From assembly GCA_046542255.1 (NCBI GenBank), contig JBKHBT010000002.1, positions 33,700-97,699 of the forward strand: a stretch of DNA of 64,000 bases, given 5' to 3'. Numbering within the stretch: the first letter of the stretch is position 1; the number at the start of each line of letters is the position of its first letter. The translations under genes were made by a program, and so were the position numbers. The notes beneath the pieces were generated by a model that worked only from the letters and a program-made list of their open reading frames with translations, was not told the origin of the DNA and searched no databases. The stretch is from Candidatus Zixiibacteriota bacterium. GTDB taxonomy: Bacteria; UBP14; UBA6098; JBKHBT01. This document shows, in pieces, positions 59,067 through 64,000 of the stretch.

Positions 59067-60353
59067 TTATTTATCTTCTTCTTGTTTCTTATCATCGACT
59101 TCGTCTTGATCACCAAATTTAATTACCTTTTCTGTAATTTCGGCATTTTCGAGTACAACCTCCATAGCCTTCTCAATTACTATATCGGTAGAAATTGTTT
59201 CAATTTCACCTCTTTTTTCAAGAATTTCTCGCATTTTTTCTGCTTCCATCTGAAGTGTCTGTGAATGCTGCTGAATTTTAGCATTAATTTCTTCATCGGA
59301 TGCTTCGAAATTCTCTTCTTCGGCAATTTTTTCGAGTAGCCAGCGTGCGCCAATAGTAATCTCGAGGTCTTTTCCATGTATTTGTTTGAGTGATGCAAGC
59401 TGCTCTGGTGTAATTTTATCCGGCTGAAGGCCATATCTTTTGGCAAATCTGTCGATAAGCTCATTTTCGACCGATGATTCTGGGACTTCTACATCATTGG
59501 CATCATAAAGCGCTCTTGTGGCATTGCTTTCGAGCTGGCTTCTGGCTTGAGAATCAAGCTCGCTGTCCATATTCTTGACGATCATATCGCGGAAATCTTC
59601 TTCCTTTTCAATATCAGGGAATATTGTTTTCATGAAGTCTAAATCCAGCTTGGGTAGTACTTTCGACTTGACCTGTAATACTTCGATATCACCTTCGACT
59701 GTTCTACCAGCCAAAGTTTTGTCTATGTAGTCTTTTGGAAATTCGAAAGAACCATTCTCGATTTTATCGCCTTTTTTGAGTCCAAGAAGCTTTTTCAATG
59801 TTTCATCAGGAACATCATCGCTAAGTGGCAAATATTTCATGTCTCCATCGATTTTTACCACTAAGAAATCATCCATATCGGCTTCTTTATCTACTTCTTC
59901 CAGAGTTGCGCTTCTTGCGCGAAGATTTTCGATGGTCTGGTCGATATCCTCATCAGAAGGCTTATAAATTGGCTTTTCGATTTCGAGGCCCTTGAATTTC
60001 TTAAGCTCTATTTCCGGTTTGACTTCTATCTGCGCTTTCAATTTGAAATCTTCATCAAATTTGGGAAGATCTTCATTGATTTCTTTTAAAGCAATAGGGT
60101 TAGCGATTTCATCTTGAATTGCTTTTTGAAGGTCTTGCTGAATCATTTCTTGATGAATCTCTTCAATTAGAGCATCACCAAATTTGGCTTTTATAAGGCT
60201 CTTTGGCACTTTACCTGGCCTGAAGCCCGGTATCTGTATTTTGGGCAAATACTTCTTAACTTTTAGATTATAGCGTTCTTGGATTTCGCTAGCTTCATAA
60301 TTGAGAGTTAATTCTTTTGTGTAAGAATTTTTATCTTCTAATGTGATGTCCAT
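59067..60353 (-). CDS. tig: Trigger factor
   Basis: IPGFRPGKVP ribosome-binding motif; upstream of clpP-clpX. Confidence 0.9.
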   Translation of the reverse strand: MDITLEDKNSYTKELTLNYEASEIQERYNLKVKKYLPKIQIPGFRPGKVPKSLIKAKFGDALIEEIHQEMIQQDLQKAIQDEIANPIALKEINEDLPKFDEDFKLKAQIEVKPEIELKKFKGLEIEKPIYKPSDEDIDQTIENLRARSATLEEVDKEADMDDFLVVKIDGDMKYLPLSDDVPDETLKKLLGLKKGDKIENGSFEFPKDYIDKTLAGRTVEGDIEVLQVKSKVLPKLDLDFMKTIFPDIEKEEDFRDMIVKNMDSELDSQARSQLESNATRALYDANDVEVPESSVENELIDRFAKRYGLQPDKITPEQLASLKQIHGKDLEITIGARWLLEKIAEEENFEASDEEINAKIQQHSQTLQMEAEKMREILEKRGEIETISTDIVIEKAMEVVLENAEITEKVIKFGDQDEVDDKKQEEDK

Positions 60354-60378
60354 GATAGAGCCTTCCTTCTATAATTAA

Positions 60379-60460
60379 TGCGAGAGGGGGGACTTGAACC
60401 CCCACGAATTCCTTCACTAGATCCTAAATCTAGCGCGTCTGCCAATTCCGCCACTCTCGC
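60379..60460 (-). tRNA. tRNA-Leu (anticodon TAG), CCA not encoded
   Basis: GCGAGAG acceptor stem, TGGCGGAATTGGCAGAC D-arm, CTAGA-TTTAGGA-TCTAG anticodon arm, variable arm, GGGGG-TTCAAGT-CCCCC T-arm. Confidence 0.95.
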
Positions 60461-60473
60461 AGCAAACTTATTT

Positions 60474-60502
60474 AATATACAAATTCTCCAAAATCTAGTC
60501 AA
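60474..60502 (-). promoter_or_regulatory. Putative sigma70 promoter for tRNA-Leu-tig-clpP-clpX
   Basis: TTGACT-N17-TATATT on the minus strand. Confidence 0.6.
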
Positions 60503-60651
60503 GTATATTATCCACAAATTAACAATGTATAAATCTACTCTTTCTGAAAAAAAGTTAGAAGTGAGTTTTTTTATGGTAAAATAAAAAAATATACCAACAA
60601 TATTTGCTTTTTGAATCAAAATATCTTATATATAAGTAGAAGGAGGAAATC

Positions 60652-61044
60652 ATGTTTAAAGTAAATGTAATATGTCCCCATGAAGATTGCAAAAAGTCAT
60701 TAATGGATCATGAGAATCTTGTTTCGAATCAACCGAGTATTCATCTTAGGGTTAAAAAAGGTGACGTAGAGGGAGACCTATATCTTAGCTCTATTTATGG
60801 TGATTATAATTCAATAGACCCTGAAAAACCACATTATCTAAATGGTGATTGTCTGGAGTTTTATTGTCCCCATTGCGGTAAAGAGCTACCGGTAATAGAA
60901 AAATGCAGCTGCGGAGCAGACACCAAGCTGCTCCATCTTCAAGATGGTGGAAAACTTAAGTTCTGTTCAAGGAAGGGGTGCAATTATCACAATATATCCT
61001 TCGAGAAATCAGAAGATCTATACAAATTTTTAGATGATAACTAG
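60652..61044 (+). CDS. Cys-rich small protein (putative multi-site Zn or Fe binding)
   Basis: AGGAGG RBS; CPHEDC, CPHC, CSC, CSRKGC. Confidence 0.75.
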   Translation: MFKVNVICPHEDCKKSLMDHENLVSNQPSIHLRVKKGDVEGDLYLSSIYGDYNSIDPEKPHYLNGDCLEFYCPHCGKELPVIEKCSCGADTKLLHLQDGGKLKFCSRKGCNYHNISFEKSEDLYKFLDDN

Positions 61045-61074
61045 TACAGAGAGCATCTCAATAACTAATTAAAT

Positions 61075-62478
61075 TTAATCTTCTTCTGTTTTGACATATG
61101 TAACAATACCATCATTGGATACATCGATTCCCTCTTTTTTGTATTCCATCAATTTATTTCTGATCGTTCTGACGGAAACATTGAGGATTCTGGCGACCTG
61201 AGAACGATTGCCGCCTGTTTTACGAAGATAGTTTAATATCGCTCTTTTTTCGATTTCTGCCAAAGTAATATTTTCTGAAAAAAGCGAATCTATCTGGGGC
61301 ATATCCGAATCATAAGCAGTATCCATGGCGAGATCCCGTGGTTTAATGTAATCATCCGATGAAAGAACAACCGCGCGTTCAATTATATTTTGTAGCTCTC
61401 GCGCATTGCCGGGATAGGAATATTGCCTAAGTATTCTCATCGCATCACGCGTAAAACCGATAATTCTCTTTTGATTTTCTTTGGCAAACATTTTCAAAAA
61501 ATGATTTGCCAAAAAGGGAATATCTTCGCGTCTTTCAGCAAGTGGTGGGATGTGAATCGGGACAACGTTTAATCTAAAATAAAGGTCTTCGCGGAATTCA
61601 CCTTTTTGTACTATTTTGGGCAAATCCTTATTGCTGGTAGCAATAATTCTTATATCGACTTTGGTGATTTTATTACTGCCAATTCTTGAAAATTCTCGCT
61701 CTTGAATCACTCGAAGTAATTTTGCCTGAAAAGCCTGTGATGTTTCGGAGATTTCATCCAAAAGAATAGTGCCACCATCAGCAGCTTCGAATTTGCCTGC
61801 CTTTGGCCTATCGGCACCTGTAAATGCACCTTTTTCATACCCGAATAATTCTGATTCGAGCAGAGTATCTGGCAATGCAGCGCAGTTTATACGGATAAAA
61901 GCCTTGTTTCTTCTCGGGCTTTTAAAGTGAAGAAGCCGAGAAACGACCTCTTTTCCAGTACCGGATTCACCAGTAATCAGGACTGTAATTCTGCTGTCTG
62001 CTACAGATTCGACAATCTCCTGTATTCTTTGCATAGCAGGCGATTTGCCAATCATAATGGGAACTTTGTGGTCTTTTTCCCTGAGAATTCTGTTTTCCTT
62101 GATCAATGAAGCATGTTCGATTGCACGGTTCAATAAAAGATCGAAATCGCGCTCTTTGAAAGGCTTTGGAAGATAATCATATGCTCCATCTCGAATTGCC
62201 TTGACAGCATCAGGGATGCTATGATATGCACTGGCCATAACTACAACTGAATCTGGAGTTTTAGATTTTATCCTTTTCAATACATCGTGGCCGGATAGGT
62301 CTGGCATTCGGATATCCAGAAAAACAAGATCATATGTTTTCCTTGCTACCTTCGATAGGGCATCTAAACCGCCCGTTGCGAGATCCGGCGCATAGCCACG
62401 CCGGAGAAATAATTCTCGGAAATATTCTCTAATTGTTTCATCATCATCGACTATTAATATCTTATAATTCTTCATCAT
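61075..62478 (-). CDS. Sigma54-dependent response regulator (REC-AAA+-Fis HTH, NtrC family)
   Basis: ILIVDDD, LDIRMP, GESGTGKE, GAFTGA, LDEI, FREDLYFRLNV, PGNARELQN, VSVRTIRNKL. Confidence 0.93.
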   Translation of the reverse strand: MMKNYKILIVDDDETIREYFRELFLRRGYAPDLATGGLDALSKVARKTYDLVFLDIRMPDLSGHDVLKRIKSKTPDSVVVMASAYHSIPDAVKAIRDGAYDYLPKPFKERDFDLLLNRAIEHASLIKENRILREKDHKVPIMIGKSPAMQRIQEIVESVADSRITVLITGESGTGKEVVSRLLHFKSPRRNKAFIRINCAALPDTLLESELFGYEKGAFTGADRPKAGKFEAADGGTILLDEISETSQAFQAKLLRVIQEREFSRIGSNKITKVDIRIIATSNKDLPKIVQKGEFREDLYFRLNVVPIHIPPLAERREDIPFLANHFLKMFAKENQKRIIGFTRDAMRILRQYSYPGNARELQNIIERAVVLSSDDYIKPRDLAMDTAYDSDMPQIDSLFSENITLAEIEKRAILNYLRKTGGNRSQVARILNVSVRTIRNKLMEYKKEGIDVSNDGIVTYVKTEED

Positions 62479-63073
62479 ACCGCCTGAAAGGATTAATATG
62501 AATATACTCTTTATGCTCTGAAAGGCCATAGGTGATTTTCCAATTAAGGGCTTGCAATATACTATTTAGCAATTCTTTTTCATAACCCCATGGTCCATCT
62601 ATGGCGCTGAAATATCTGTTTTTGAAAGGTGTTCTTGCAAAGACTAGTTCTGGGCCTTTTATATTAGCCTGAATCTCGGAATGAGGAATGATATTAGCCT
62701 GTAGAATTCGGCATATCAAATCTATTGCAAGCTCCGAAAGTTCGAAATCACTGATAAAATCGAACCATTTCTTATCGGTAATCATTTTCATATCATTGTC
62801 AAAAAGCATTTTCTCTTCTTTACTTAGCTTCCGTTCTATGACACTATAAAGATTAAAATGGGAATTTTCTGCTTCGATATCCTTAGCGAGCAGATCCAGT
62901 TCGCGCATATGCGATTCTAAAGACTCGATGGATATTATAACTTTCTCTCCGTACTTTTGCTTTTGGGTATCGTCTGCTGTTTTAATCAATTCTAAAAAAC
63001 CTTTGATGCCGGTAATATTGCCAAAGGCTTTATGCATGAAGCTGCTTATAATTTTTTCCCAGGCAATTTCCAA
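62462..63073 (-). CDS. Degenerate histidine kinase-like protein (HisKA-like helix pair, decayed ATPase domain)
   Basis: FMHKAFGNITGIKGFLELI resembles the H-box AHE.RNPL..I.GF..LL; no N/G1/G2 boxes; overlaps the regulator start. Confidence 0.55.
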   Translation of the reverse strand: MEIAWEKIISSFMHKAFGNITGIKGFLELIKTADDTQKQKYGEKVIISIESLESHMRELDLLAKDIEAENSHFNLYSVIERKLSKEEKMLFDNDMKMITDKKWFDFISDFELSELAIDLICRILQANIIPHSEIQANIKGPELVFARTPFKNRYFSAIDGPWGYEKELLNSILQALNWKITYGLSEHKEYIHINPFRRYDEEL

Positions 63074-63192
63074 ATTTTACCATCCTTATAATCTTCTAAA
63101 ATTTATAGGATAGTAAAATATACAATTATTAAGATAATGCCAGTAAAAAATGGCTGCCCTGGAAAATTTTTTCCGCTTTTAGACTATTTTTC

Positions 63193-63564
63193 CTAACCAA
63201 AAAATGATTCAACCGACTGTTCGAATTCATTAATCGAAAATGGTTTCAACAGATATGAGTCTATACGGTACTTATCGACAAATTTTTGAAGTTTATGTGT
63301 ATCATAAGCAGTAATTATCATTACAGAGCTTTTAGGGTTTTTCTTTTTGTATTCCTTGATTATCTCATATCCGCTTTTACCCGGCATTCTGATGTCTGTT
63401 ATAAGGAGATCTACATTATCTTCCACCTCGATAGATTCATAATAATTATCCACAGAATGAAAGGATTTGATATTATAGCCGAGTATTTGGCCTAATTCAG
63501 GTAAAATATATGCCCAATTCGGATCATCGTCTATGAAGACGATCTTCTTTTTATCTTCTGCCAC
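63193..63564 (-). CDS. Single-domain response regulator (CheY-like receiver)
   Basis: GTG start after AGGAGG; FIDDD, LLITDIRMP..SG, ITAY, KPF. Confidence 0.85.
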   Translation of the reverse strand: MAEDKKKIVFIDDDPNWAYILPELGQILGYNIKSFHSVDNYYESIEVEDNVDLLITDIRMPGKSGYEIIKEYKKKNPKSSVMIITAYDTHKLQKFVDKYRIDSYLLKPFSINEFEQSVESFFG

Positions 63565-63622
63565 TTTTGTTCCTCCTGTGCCTTTGCCTCCACACAAAAA
63601 CACATTTACATAATAATGTATC

Positions 63623-64000
63623 TTAGATTACATTTTTCGAAATATTTTCCCACAAGATTGTCTTGCTATCGATTTTTTCTGCCTCTGCCTTTTTCTCAGA
63701 AGAACTCGTATCAAGAAATTCTTGCAGTTGATTAATATTGAATGGTTTAGTAATCGTCAAATCGAAAAGTGTTTTATCTACTTTATCTTCATCCCAGCCT
63801 GTTATGGCTGCAATTTTGACATCTTGTTTAGTTTCTCTTATTTCTTTTGCGACATCGATTCCGCTTTTATCGGGTAATCCGATATCGAGAAATACCATAT
63901 CATAATTTCCTGATGCAAAAGTTTCGATACCTTTATTACCGCTATCTGCGCTTTGGACATTGTGTCCATAGCCAGTAAGAAGCTCTTCCATAACTTCTCG
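63623..64000 (-). CDS. Receiver domain at the C-terminus of a gene truncated by the window edge
   Basis: Frame open to the window edge; FLDIGLPD.SG, ITGW, KPF. Confidence 0.8.
   Translation of the reverse strand, partial: REVMEELLTGYGHNVQSADSGNKGIETFASGNYDMVFLDIGLPDKSGIDVAKEIRETKQDVKIAAITGWDEDKVDKTLFDLTITKPFNINQLQEFLDTSSSEKKAEAEKIDSKTILWENISKNVI

Noticed and set aside
60354-60460. tRNA-Leu as an island integration site
   Set aside because: tig follows directly; no integrase and no duplicated tRNA 3' end seen in the window
60338-60619. Two short ORFs spanning the tRNA
   Set aside because: Explained by tRNA-Leu and its promoter
63127-63142. TGGCA upstream of the pseudo-kinase as a sigma54 promoter
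   Set aside because: No GC at the -12 position (TGGCATTATCTTAATA)
63446-63454. Second TTATCCACA DnaA box
   Set aside because: Inside a coding region and isolated; compatible with chance, with no oriC-like cluster

Overview
AT-rich bacterial chromosomal window, densely coding and mostly housekeeping. The gene content suggests a diderm anaerobe, probably FCB-superphylum-like (inference from lpxA, the acpP-fabF-rnc order, T9SS-type C-terminal sorting domains, iorA, acyl-CoA dehydrogenase and a ferredoxin-fused EtfA). About 60 CDSs and one tRNA-Leu(TAG) are supported. I found no integrase, transposase, prophage or CRISPR array. The most notable observations are: (1) an insulated sigma54-type promoter with a phased palindromic enhancer-like array driving an orphan 108-aa Zn-finger gene; (2) window-wide strong enrichment of the palindrome TCGA; (3) an rpsG-fusA unit lacking rpsL and tuf, whose EF-G has degenerate domain IV loops and is preceded by a perfect 34-bp palindrome; (4) a coupled UvrC/Cho-like nuclease plus Mre11/SbcD-like nuclease pair with no SbcC; (5) a PilT/PilU ATPase wedged between accB and accC; (6) a ChpT-like degenerate kinase coupled to a sigma54 activator; (7) etfA, etfB and a third gene sharing identical leaderless-promoter geometry. 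All calls come from reading motifs by eye; no database searches were run.
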